In this document: piece after piece, positions 55,561 through 64,000 of the stretch
Layout of the letters: each line of letters begins with the position of its first letter
How positions within the stretch are numbered: the stretch's first letter is position 1
Origin: Bacteriovoracia bacterium
Lineage (GTDB): Bacteria; Bdellovibrionota; UBA1018; JBFWNL01
Assembly: GCA_050251055.1 (NCBI GenBank)
Contig: JBFWNL010000003.1
Span: forward strand, 64,001-128,000
DNA length: 64,000 nt
Direction: 5' to 3'
The notes under the pieces: model-generated
What the model saw: only the letters and a program-made list of their open reading frames with translations
Told to the model about the DNA's origin: nothing
The model's database searches: none
Position numbers and translations under genes: made by a program

Positions 55561-56622
55561 CTAACCTTCTTCAATCAAACGCGTCACCTGGACCGCCCGG
55601 TTGCCGCGAGAAATTCCAAAAAAACACTTAAACTTGGCCACGCCTTCGACGTTCACCAGCAGCTCGGCGTCGCTGTCCTGATGCAAAGGGATGATGTCCC
55701 CTACGTTCAGATTTACGAGGTCGCCTACCGTAATTTGCGTTTCGCCGAGATTGACGGCGAGGTTCGCGCTGGCGTTGCGAAGGTGCTCTTCCATCATCTC
55801 CGTCCACTCCTTGTCCACGCGATCGGACTCGGTTTGGAAAGAAGCGTTCAACTTGTTCTTGATCGGCTCGATCGTCGAGTACGGAATCACCAAGGCGATC
55901 GTGCCACTCGCGTTTTCGAGTTCGACTTCAAACGTGGTGGAGATGATGACGTCGGATGGGGGAACCACGCCCACGAACTGGGGGTTCACTTCCACGCGCA
56001 GGAAAGAGATATCCACCTTATGCACCGGCGCCCACGCCTCCTCCAGGTCATGGATCGCTAGTTCCATCACCTTATGGATGATGGACAGCTCGATGCGAGT
56101 GAACTCCTTGCCTTCGATTTTGGTATAAGGACGATCCGTGCCGCCGAAGTAGCTGTCGACCAGCGCGTAGGCGAGCTTCGATTCAAACACGAGCAACGCC
56201 GGCCCCCGCAGGCTCTCGAAACGCATGATGCACATGCAGCTGGGGATGGGGAGCGTATTGACGAATTCGCCGAACTTCAAAAGGTCGGTAGAAATGATGC
56301 TGATAGAAGCGATTTTTCGCAGCGAGTTCGAGAGCGACATCCGGAACAAGCGGATAAAACGCTCGTAAATAATATCGAGAGTCGGCATCCGGCCGCGAAT
56401 AACGCGGTCCTGGTTGGTAAGGTCGTAAGGCGTAACCTCTGGGCCGTCGGCGATGGCTTCCACGCCACCCAGTGATCCGGCGCCCCCGCCGGCTCCGCCG
56501 GCGGCGCCCGCCGCGCCACCCGCACCGGCCGCGCCACCCCCGCCGCTGGCTACGTCCAGCGAGCCTTCGGAGACCGCGCTCAACAGAGCATCGACTTCAG
56601 CCTGGGTTAATACTTGATTCAT
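55561..56622 (-). CDS. fliM: Flagellar motor switch protein FliM
   Basis: VLTQAEVDALL CheY-binding motif, YFGG, EVNPQF. Confidence 0.96.
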   Translation of the reverse strand: MNQVLTQAEVDALLSAVSEGSLDVASGGGGAAGAGGAAGAAGGAGGGAGSLGGVEAIADGPEVTPYDLTNQDRVIRGRMPTLDIIYERFIRLFRMSLSNSLRKIASISIISTDLLKFGEFVNTLPIPSCMCIMRFESLRGPALLVFESKLAYALVDSYFGGTDRPYTKIEGKEFTRIELSIIHKVMELAIHDLEEAWAPVHKVDISFLRVEVNPQFVGVVPPSDVIISTTFEVELENASGTIALVIPYSTIEPIKNKLNASFQTESDRVDKEWTEMMEEHLRNASANLAVNLGETQITVGDLVNLNVGDIIPLHQDSDAELLVNVEGVAKFKCFFGISRGNRAVQVTRLIEEG

Positions 56623-56665
56623 AATTCAGCCGTCCTAGCTTCCTTACGTTACTGACATTCCATTG

Positions 56666-57283
56666 CTAACTACTGAGGGCGAAGTTCGTGAAGAATACTC
56701 CCTTCACCTTTCCCGTCACCAAAAAACTATTTAATGCGTTGCGGATCTCTTCCTTGAGAAAGTCTCGTTGCTCGGGCGACGAGAGGTCGCCGGGCTTCTT
56801 GCTGTTGAACAGATCGATGATCGTATTGCGTACTTGCGGCATCTTCTGCGTGACTTCCGACTCCGTGTCGTCCGAAGGAACCTGCACGGAGATGCTCACG
56901 CGCACGAACTTTGGATTCACGCTGCCGACGGTGGAGAGGTTGACCGTGAATTGCTCGAGCGTGACCATCTTGCCGAAATCTTGATCGCCGCCGGAATCAT
57001 GGCCCTTGGCCGCTTCGCCATGACCATCTTTCGCGGCTTCGCCATGACCGCCGGCTTCGCCGTGGCCTCCCGCTTCGCCGTGGCCACCACCATGCTCATC
57101 TTCGGCGACGATGTCGTCGACCTTGGGATGGGAGTTTTCTTTTTTGAAAGAAATGAAAAGAACGCCGACCACGCCGATAGTGACGAGCAGATTCACCGCG
57201 GTCAAGATCAGTACGAGCTTATTGCCACCGCCGCCTTTACCGGCGTCGGCCGCTGCGGGTTCAGCTGCTTTTTCTTCCGACAT
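56666..57283 (-). CDS. fliL: Flagellar basal body-associated FliL
   Basis: N-terminal TM, FTVNL, terminal VFFTNF. Confidence 0.93.
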   Translation of the reverse strand: MSEEKAAEPAAADAGKGGGGNKLVLILTAVNLLVTIGVVGVLFISFKKENSHPKVDDIVAEDEHGGGHGEAGGHGEAGGHGEAAKDGHGEAAKGHDSGGDQDFGKMVTLEQFTVNLSTVGSVNPKFVRVSISVQVPSDDTESEVTQKMPQVRNTIIDLFNSKKPGDLSSPEQRDFLKEEIRNALNSFLVTGKVKGVFFTNFALSS

Positions 57284-57424
57284 GGGTTGAGCTACCCCTC
57301 CCTATCCACTTATTTTGCAATGAGTTGCACAAGCGAACAAGTCGGCAATATTTGCAGGCCGTGAATATAGGGGGGCGTTCGAGCCGCCGTCAAGGAATTG
57401 GCAGACCCCGACTTTTTGGGGGGG

Positions 57425-57503
57425 CGGCTCCGGAGCACGAGCCTCCGGAGCCGTGAACTACGTCAAATAACTGCCGGTGCCGAGGCTAATCCCCGACACC
57501 GGC
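57425..57503. terminator. Two hairpins downstream of flgE (possible terminator or processing structure)
   Basis: cggctccggag/ctccggagccg (57425-57453) and gccggtg../..caccggc (57473-57503); no clear U-tract. Confidence 0.45.
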
Positions 57504-57509
57504 CTAAAA

Positions 57510-58790
57510 TTACGTACGCTTCAAGTTGATCACTTCCTGCATCATCTCGTCCGCCACGCTCACCACGCGGGTGTTGGCTTGGAAGTTACGCTGAGCGTTC
57601 ATCAGGTTGATGAACTCATCGGCGATATCCGTCGTGGAAGACTCGATGGTCTTGGCCGAGATCCGACCGCGGCCGCCCTGCGACGGAGCGCCGATTGTAG
57701 GCTGTCCCGACAAGCGGCTTTCGCGGTATCGGTTTTGACCGCTCTTGAACAGGCCTTCCGGATTCTCGAACTTGGCCAAAGCGAGCTGCGCCAAGTTGAT
57801 GTTTTCCCCGTTGGTGTAGATCGCGACCAACATGCCGTCGTCGTTGATCGAAAGGCCCGCCAGGGTGCCCGCCGTATAGCCGTCTTGCATGGTCTTGTAG
57901 GCTTCCGATTCCGTACCATACTGGGTGACCTGGAGACCATCTCCGCCTTCTTTTCTCGACTTTCCGAAATTGAAGCGAATCTCCTGATCGGGCTGCGAGC
58001 CGATGAAGTTAAACGCCGACTTATCCGTCTGGTTCTCCTCCAAGCGGCCATCAGAGCCGAAGATCAACTTCCCAGCCGCCTGCTCCACGAGCTGACCGCG
58101 TTCGCCGCCGGTGATATCCTCACCCTTGGCCATGATGCGCCACTGCCATTGGCCTTCATCGACCTTGTTGAAATAGGCGGTCACGGTATGCGCCGTACCG
58201 GCCGTGTCGTAAACCGTCATGCCCGTCGCGAAGTGCGCCGTTTTCTCCGGCATCTTCGGATCGAACTGCAGGTTTTTATCGGCCTTGAGATTGAGGTTGG
58301 CGTAGAGGTTCACTTCCGAAGTCTTCTTCGCGTCGACGACGGTTCGGCCGGCGGCGATGGAGCCCATCTTGGAAGTGATCTTGCCTTGGTCGTCCGCCTG
58401 GAAACCCATCACGCGGTAACCGTCGGCGTTGATCAGCGCCCCTTCCTTATCGAAGTGGAAGGATCCGTTACGCGTGAAGCTGCGTCCGTCGACGCCGTCC
58501 ACGACGAAGAATCCGTCGCCGGTGATGGCCAAGTCGGTAGCCGATTCGGTCTGCACCAGGGAGCCTTGCGAGAAGATGGGGTTCACCGCCGCGAGCTTCA
58601 CGCCGCGGCCGATTTGGTTACCGCCCAAGATCCCCTTGAGGGACTTCGCGACCACATCCTGAAACTCGGGTCGGGAGGTCTTAAAGCCTACGGTGTTAGC
58701 GTTGGCGATGTTGTCGCCGTAGATCGAGAGGGCTTCACCTTGGCCTTTTAAGCCGGTGACGCCAGTATACATAGATGAAAGAATACCCAT
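57510..58790 (-). CDS. flgE: Flagellar hook protein FlgE
   Basis: DNIANANTVGFK, DLAITGDGFF, TRNGSF, AQRNFQAN. Confidence 0.96.
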   Translation of the reverse strand: MGILSSMYTGVTGLKGQGEALSIYGDNIANANTVGFKTSRPEFQDVVAKSLKGILGGNQIGRGVKLAAVNPIFSQGSLVQTESATDLAITGDGFFVVDGVDGRSFTRNGSFHFDKEGALINADGYRVMGFQADDQGKITSKMGSIAAGRTVVDAKKTSEVNLYANLNLKADKNLQFDPKMPEKTAHFATGMTVYDTAGTAHTVTAYFNKVDEGQWQWRIMAKGEDITGGERGQLVEQAAGKLIFGSDGRLEENQTDKSAFNFIGSQPDQEIRFNFGKSRKEGGDGLQVTQYGTESEAYKTMQDGYTAGTLAGLSINDDGMLVAIYTNGENINLAQLALAKFENPEGLFKSGQNRYRESRLSGQPTIGAPSQGGRGRISAKTIESSTTDIADEFINLMNAQRNFQANTRVVSVADEMMQEVINLKRT

Positions 58791-58946
58791 ATGGGACGCC
58801 TCCTTGCGTCGTTATTGGTTAAACGAACCCGCCGATCAGTCAGTCACGGCGAGCTAGGCTTCCCGTCTGGGTCCAGCCTAGATACTTCCTGCTATTTACC
58901 TACCGTGGCGCCATCCTGGCGTCCCGGCTTGCCATCTACGAAACAT
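58791..58946 (-). promoter_or_regulatory. Structured flgE 5' leader with GGA-loop hairpins
   Basis: Minus strand: gacgcc-aggat-ggcgcc, ctaggct..agcctag, ctcgccg..cggcggg, and gacgc-aaggag-gcgtc containing the SD. Confidence 0.55.
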
Positions 58947-59381
58947 TCAAACAATGACCGCGCCGTCAATGTTCGTGAAAACATTGCCGTTCAATGAATT
59001 TTTATCCATTGCGGTCACTACCGTGCGATTCGGGACATTCACGATAAATGCCGCGTCGGACGTGATCACTAACGTATCATCGATTCCCTTCGCGGCGGCC
59101 TTATCGATCGCGCCATTGATCTTCTCCATCAAAGCCGGATCCATCGAAATCTTTCGATCGTTCAAGCGTTGATTCGCGTGCGCTGAAAACTTCAACGGCT
59201 CGCGAATCTTGGAAAGATCTTTCGCCGCGTCTTTGCCGATCTCGTTGCGGAAAACGGCATCGAATTCTCCCGGAACCGCTTTCTCCGTCTTGCCGCCGAT
59301 TCTTTGTCCACGCTCGGCTTCTACGCGACCGGTTTGACTATTAAGCGAAGTTACGTTCGGGTATAAAATGGGACCGCTCAT
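58947..59381 (-). CDS. Flagellar operon protein (TIGR02530-type)
   Basis: LKFSAHANQRL..AAAKG..IVNVPNRTVVTAM..NVFTNIDGAV; located between flgD and flgE. Confidence 0.9.
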   Translation of the reverse strand: MSGPILYPNVTSLNSQTGRVEAERGQRIGGKTEKAVPGEFDAVFRNEIGKDAAKDLSKIREPLKFSAHANQRLNDRKISMDPALMEKINGAIDKAAAKGIDDTLVITSDAAFIVNVPNRTVVTAMDKNSLNGNVFTNIDGAVIV

Positions 59382-59384
59382 GCT

Positions 59385-60554
59385 CTATTCACCTCCTTCC
59401 TTGCTACTTTTATTGTAAACCGACATTCCATTTGGAAAACCTTTTTCTTCGCCCGCGCCTTGCTCATCCGCGGCAGCTTCTGCCGATTTTGCGGCGGCCT
59501 GCTGGGCTTGGTAACTCGCCAAGGCTTTCGCCGCGTCGGCCGGCAACTGCTTGGCCGAAACCGTCTCCGAACCCACGCCCGGTTCGAACTTGATGAAGTT
59601 GCCTCCGCCGGACTTCACGGGCGTGAACGGATTGGCCGGGGCCGCGGCCGTTCCTTCAGCCCCCTCGGCGGTCGCCGGAGTCGGCGCGGCGCCCATACCC
59701 ATCTTCGCGGCGAGCCCCGGGGGCAACGCGACATCGCCCGCGTCTTCGATCTGGGTCACGTTCTCGAGCTTCACTTTCACGTTGGAATTCGCATCGCCGA
59801 CGATAAACACGGGATCCTCGCCCTGCAGGGCCACGCCAATGATTTTCGAACGGGAAAGGGCGTTGGTCGCGAGCGGCTTGTCGTCCTTGCCCACCGCTTC
59901 TACCCGGATAAGATAATCGCCGCTTTCGGCCTCGATCGTATTGGCTTTCTTCCCGTCCCAGACAAAGCTTTGCGCGCCCGCGGCTTTCGGTCCTAAACTT
60001 TTTTCCATGACGACTTCGCCCGCTTGGGAAACCAGCGCGAGTTTTACCTCTTTGGCGTCGGCCGGCAGGTTGAAGTTCACGGTTTGATTGTCGCCTTTGG
60101 TGTGCGGGAAGCGGTTTTGGTCGATCACGACCGTCTTTCCGATCAGGTTTGTCATGGTCAAGCGCTCGAGCGGCTTATGCTGGTTGCCGAGCTTCTTCAA
60201 GGCCTGACTGACATTGGACATCTGTTCGAGCTGGGCGATCTGCGCGATTTCTTGGCCCAGTTTTTCAGTGTCGAAAGGTTTGGTCGGATCCTGGTGCTTC
60301 ATCTGCGAAATCATGATCCGCATGAAATCGTCTTTATCGAGGGATTTCTTGATTTGGCGTGGCTTTTCCGGCTTGGCGCCCATATCCGACTGGATGCGAT
60401 TCCAAACGTCGGCAAAGCTCTGCTTACCGCCTTCGCCCGGCTTACCGGCGCCACCCGTTTTGGGCGTGGCCGCGGGCTTGCGCAGCTCCGGCTCGGCTCC
60501 CCCCACGTTCACGGGCGGCGGGGCATTGAAGGTTTGTCCACGAATCGGGTCCAT
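59385..60554 (-). CDS. flgD: Flagellar hook capping protein FlgD, extended
   Basis: LDKDDFMRIMISQMKHQDPTKP, LEQM, NLIGKTV, FVWDGK. Confidence 0.92.
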   Translation of the reverse strand: MDPIRGQTFNAPPPVNVGGAEPELRKPAATPKTGGAGKPGEGGKQSFADVWNRIQSDMGAKPEKPRQIKKSLDKDDFMRIMISQMKHQDPTKPFDTEKLGQEIAQIAQLEQMSNVSQALKKLGNQHKPLERLTMTNLIGKTVVIDQNRFPHTKGDNQTVNFNLPADAKEVKLALVSQAGEVVMEKSLGPKAAGAQSFVWDGKKANTIEAESGDYLIRVEAVGKDDKPLATNALSRSKIIGVALQGEDPVFIVGDANSNVKVKLENVTQIEDAGDVALPPGLAAKMGMGAAPTPATAEGAEGTAAAPANPFTPVKSGGGNFIKFEPGVGSETVSAKQLPADAAKALASYQAQQAAAKSAEAAADEQGAGEEKGFPNGMSVYNKSSKEGGE

Positions 60555-60643
60555 TTAACTCGCTTACTCCTGGTTCACTTCTTGGGGAGGGGGCGACCGG
60601 CCATGCCGGCCCCCCCTTCACCAAACTCACTGCTTTCCACTAG

Positions 60644-62263
60644 CTAAGCCATCACATCCAAGCGCCGGTCACTTTGACTGGTGCGGCTGTAAGGGCCGGC
60701 TCGCAGACCTTGGGCCCCATGGGCCGAAGATCCGCTCGCGTACGGAGACGCCTCTCGGTAATCTCTCACCGACGAGTCGTTGCCGCCGTAACCTTGGTCC
60801 TGACGGTAACCGGAACTCCCACCGCCCATCGGGTCAAATGCGTTTTGTCCCGCGAACTGTGAAAAATCCGGTTGCCCCGACGTATTGCCGTTGGCCATCG
60901 CCAAGTTCGAACCGTGCAGGTTCGGACCCGAAGAATGGGCCGCAGCATGCGCCAGCGTCACCTCCACCTTAGCCAAGCTCAGATTCTGTTGCGCGAGGCT
61001 GTCGCGGAGATATTTCACGCTCTCCTCGATAACCTGCTTCGCCGACGGATCCGTGGCTTGGATGCGGAGGCCGACTCGATTATCGACCGTGGCAACGTGG
61101 ACGCTCAGCTCGCCCAAGTTATCCGGTCGCAAGCGGATGCGGATTTCTCCGCCGCCGCGATTAGCTACCGAGCCGATCCCGTTGGATAGGCCGATCATCG
61201 ATTCGGAAGACAGTCGGTCTTTGGCCCACGCTCCCTGCACCACGTGCCCCGTTACTTCCACGGGCGGGGGAGCGATGCTTCGCTCCACGCGCGCGCCGTT
61301 AAGCGCGGGATTCGCCATGTGCTGGGCGCCATCCGGGGAGAGGGGCAAGGTCGAAGGCCGCAGGCGCTTTTCACCGGTGAGCATCCGCTCGGACGTTAGC
61401 CCGTCGGCGAAGGCCGCCGACTCCGCTACCGTCATTCCCTCGCCGAGCGCGGGCTTACCGCCCGCGTTTAACGTCGAGGATCCGTTCGCGCCTCCCGCTT
61501 TCATGCGGGCGGTCACGCGCGGATTGTCCCAAGCGCGATCCAGCTTGCCACCAAATTCGGTGGCGCCGGTCTCGGCGCCCGACTCGCGAGCCCCGTCCAA
61601 GGCGGCGAGATACTCGCCACCGGAGAGGCCAGCCCGGCTGACCGAAGCTTGGGGAGCCGATTCCGGATCCAACTCGCCCGGTAACGCGCCTTCCGCGGAG
61701 AGCGCACCCAACATCGAGTCCGCCGGATCCACGGCCTGCACCGAACCGTTGAGCTGGGCAATCCGGCTCTCTAAGCCAGAAGGCACGGACTTCGCCGTAG
61801 CCGCGTCTTGGCCCGTGAGGGCCGCGGCGCCGGCTTTGCCCGAAGGCTTGCCGATCTGGTTAGCGAGCGAATTCGTCGAGGCCATTTCCAAGCCGCTTCC
61901 CGAAGATCCGATTTTGGATAAATCGTTTCCTGCCTGACCGATCTGCTTGAGCTCGGCGGGCAAGGGTCCGGCTGACTTTGAAACTGCTTCCGCCCCCAGG
62001 GCCGACTGGCCGTTTTGGGGAGCGTTAGCGGGTTTCTCGACTGCGTTCGTTTCCGCTTTCTGCACCGGGATCTGCGCGGCACCCGCCGTGCTCCACTGTA
62101 CTAGGTCCGCCATATTCTCGGACTGTTTCAGCTGCTCGGCGAAGCCTCCGGACTTATCCGACTCCGCGGACTCCGCTCCGTTGGCCTTGGCGGACGTCTT
62201 CCTGACTCCGCCCGTGCTTGCGTTTCCCGTGCTTACTACTGGGTTCATTGCTATTTCCATCAT
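60644..62263 (-). CDS. fliK: Flagellar hook-length control protein FliK
   Basis: Low-complexity N-terminus; IRIRLRPDNLGEL..LRDSLAQQNL C-terminal domain. Confidence 0.9.
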   Translation of the reverse strand: MMEIAMNPVVSTGNASTGGVRKTSAKANGAESAESDKSGGFAEQLKQSENMADLVQWSTAGAAQIPVQKAETNAVEKPANAPQNGQSALGAEAVSKSAGPLPAELKQIGQAGNDLSKIGSSGSGLEMASTNSLANQIGKPSGKAGAAALTGQDAATAKSVPSGLESRIAQLNGSVQAVDPADSMLGALSAEGALPGELDPESAPQASVSRAGLSGGEYLAALDGARESGAETGATEFGGKLDRAWDNPRVTARMKAGGANGSSTLNAGGKPALGEGMTVAESAAFADGLTSERMLTGEKRLRPSTLPLSPDGAQHMANPALNGARVERSIAPPPVEVTGHVVQGAWAKDRLSSESMIGLSNGIGSVANRGGGEIRIRLRPDNLGELSVHVATVDNRVGLRIQATDPSAKQVIEESVKYLRDSLAQQNLSLAKVEVTLAHAAAHSSGPNLHGSNLAMANGNTSGQPDFSQFAGQNAFDPMGGGSSGYRQDQGYGGNDSSVRDYREASPYASGSSAHGAQGLRAGPYSRTSQSDRRLDVMA

Positions 62264-62802
62264 GGTTTTTCACCTCCTTTCTGATTGGTTTCATTGTGAC
62301 TTACTTTCTTGACCTTCTTTTTCATGGCCAGCAGCTCGGTCAACTCCTTCGACCGGCTGATCTCCATGATATTGAGAATCTTGGCGAGCTTGGGCGTCGA
62401 GATGCGCTCCATGGCGGCGACCGCGAGCTCGTTCTGCAGCTTCGAAATCAGCTCGGCGGATTTTTTCGGGCTCATGGTTTCCAAGGTTTCCACGAGCTTG
62501 GCGACCTTCTCCTCCTGCTTGCTATCCTGAACGAGCGATAACCCGGCGATCTCGGCCTTGAGAGCCTCAAGCCGCTTCATCTCGACTTCGAGCGCCTTTT
62601 TCATGTCGGCGAGTTCCGCTTCTTTTTCTTTGAGCGCCTTCTCCTTGGCTTCCACCGCTTCTTTATTCCGCCGCAGATCCAGCAGCACGGCTTCGTCCGC
62701 CAGGCAGCCCTCCGAGTCGGGGGCGGCGAAGCTCATGGGCGCCCAAGCGGCGAAGGCTACGATCAGAAGGCCGGCGGCGATGAGGGCGATTCCGCGGATC
62801 AT
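62260..62802 (-). CDS. MotE/MgtE-N-like flagellar protein
   Basis: Signal/TM segment, coiled coil, ETMSPKKSAELI..AKILNIM; located between fliJ and fliK. Confidence 0.8.
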   Translation of the reverse strand: MIRGIALIAAGLLIVAFAAWAPMSFAAPDSEGCLADEAVLLDLRRNKEAVEAKEKALKEKEAELADMKKALEVEMKRLEALKAEIAGLSLVQDSKQEEKVAKLVETLETMSPKKSAELISKLQNELAVAAMERISTPKLAKILNIMEISRSKELTELLAMKKKVKKVSHNETNQKGGEKP

Positions 62803-63251
62803 CCGACGTCCCCTCCCGCGCGCGCGCGCATGATGTAGAGGTCTCGCAGCTGACTCTCCGTCTGTTTGGCGATCTCCCGCTTGTATTTGTTGAAATCGCG
62901 CTCACGCAGCTTCTCAATGACCATGCGCTGGCGACGCGCATAGAGGTAAATCCGCAGCATCTTTTCTACTTTTTTGCGTTCGCGGATCAAAGCGTGGTCG
63001 GACTGAATGATCCGCTGTTTGGTGCCGACGATAAAATCCTGTTCCGTACGATAGGCGATAATGCTCGTAGGAATCTGCGCCAGCTGTTCCCGACGGGCGA
63101 GGGATTCATCCAAGTCGCGGATCAAGCCTTTTTTCCGCTCGACTTCGGCGGCGTAAGCGCGCTGGGCGTCGCTCAAAGCACGCATGGCGATCTTCTCTTG
63201 ATCGATCCGGACCTTCTCGACGGTTTCGAAGCGAAACTTGAAGCGTTTCAT
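62799..63251 (-). CDS. fliJ: Flagellar export chaperone FliJ
   Basis: MKRFKFRFETVEKVR..EKLRER; coiled coil; synteny. Confidence 0.88.
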   Translation of the reverse strand: MKRFKFRFETVEKVRIDQEKIAMRALSDAQRAYAAEVERKKGLIRDLDESLARREQLAQIPTSIIAYRTEQDFIVGTKQRIIQSDHALIRERKKVEKMLRIYLYARRQRMVIEKLRERDFNKYKREIAKQTESQLRDLYIMRARAGGDVG

Positions 63252-63389
63252 TCCTATCTACGATTCTCCGGTAACCCGCGAAAGAAACTAGACTGAAAGT
63301 TTTTCCGTCGGCAAATCCGGCGGTGGGTATTTTCTGCCCCTCAAACTTGTCTCTTTCCCGATGACGGGTTTCGACTAGCATGGATCATC

Positions 63390-64000
63390 ATGCGGCTTAT
63401 AAGGGTGCTCTTTGCTTGGCTTTGGATATTCGCCGCGCCCGGTGCCGCGGGCGCCATTACCCATTCCACGCTGGCGCCGGAAATCCAACGCATCCTTTCC
63501 CGGGGGCGCCTAATCGTGGCCCTAGAGCGCACTGACCGGGCGCCTTTTTTTTATCGCGACCCTCGATCGGGATCCCTGAAAGGAATCGATATCGAGCTCG
63601 CCCGGACGGTCGCCGAAAATTTGGCGGTCGAAGTTGAGTTTGACCGCAGCGCCGTCACGGCGGATGAGGCGGTACGCCGGGTGACCTCCGGCAAAGCCGA
63701 TATCGCCATCTCCCGCCTGAGCGTTAACTTAAACTGGGCCATCAGCGCCCGATTTACCCGCCCTTATCTCGTACTGAACCAAGCTCAGCTCGTGAATCGC
63801 CTGCGCCGGGCCCGGACCCCTAATCGCTCCCCTTTCGGGAGCCTCGGCGAGTCCCGCGCGCGCCGGGCCGTCGGCTATCTCAAGGGGAGTGCCTACGAAT
63901 TCTTTGCCCAACGGTATTACCCCGATGCCTATCCTATCCCCTATAACTCCCTGGAGGGAATGTTCGAAGACGTGTTGCGCGGCGAGATCGACTCCGCCAT
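63390..64000 (+). CDS. Amino-acid ABC transporter substrate-binding protein (family 3), partial
   Basis: Manual translation MRLIRVLFAWLWIF..IQRILSRGRLIVA..PFFY..LKGIDIELARTVAENLAVEVEF..GKADIAIS..FTRPY; runs off the window end. Confidence 0.85.
   Translation, partial: MRLIRVLFAWLWIFAAPGAAGAITHSTLAPEIQRILSRGRLIVALERTDRAPFFYRDPRSGSLKGIDIELARTVAENLAVEVEFDRSAVTADEAVRRVTSGKADIAISRLSVNLNWAISARFTRPYLVLNQAQLVNRLRRARTPNRSPFGSLGESRARRAVGYLKGSAYEFFAQRYYPDAYPIPYNSLEGMFEDVLRGEIDSA

Noticed and set aside
57477-61937. Long plus-strand ORFs opposite flgE, flgD and fliK
   Set aside because: Antisense shadows of clearly identified flagellar genes.
63252-63389. Possible c-di-GMP-I riboswitch near fliJ (ggcaaa motif)
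   Set aside because: The motif is on the wrong strand for fliJ and lacks the GNRA-capped P2 and the downstream GCAAA/P3 elements.

Overview
GC-rich chromosomal window, probably from a Bdellovibrionota/Oligoflexia-like bacterium (inferred from gene content: deltaproteobacterial-style flagellar cluster, several pilin-like and secreted orphan proteins). 1-25 kb is mostly housekeeping and transport (MFS, TSUP, TonB, SRAP, purK-purE, HEAT-cyclophilin, SDRs, GNATs, LemA-M48, LysR, CNNM). 25-38 kb is an accessory region: an AT-rich islet; a tRNA-Asp(GTC) followed by two ~347-bp repeats folding into long covarying hairpins around a low-GC orphan gene; an operon of two signal-peptide-bearing AAA+ ATPases plus a membrane protein; and a 1703-aa Ig-like/GLUG adhesin next to a type IV pilin. 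38-45 kb holds an acyltransferase, frameshifted prfB, ybeY, mazG, coaE and a lipoprotein/beta-barrel pair. 45-63 kb is a minus-strand flagellar cluster (fliJ to fliA) with a degenerate FlhG, an extended FliA and a structured flgE leader. The best candidates for an undescribed system are the tRNA-anchored hairpin repeat array and the exported twin AAA+ operon. All calls come from reading motifs by eye; no database searches were run.
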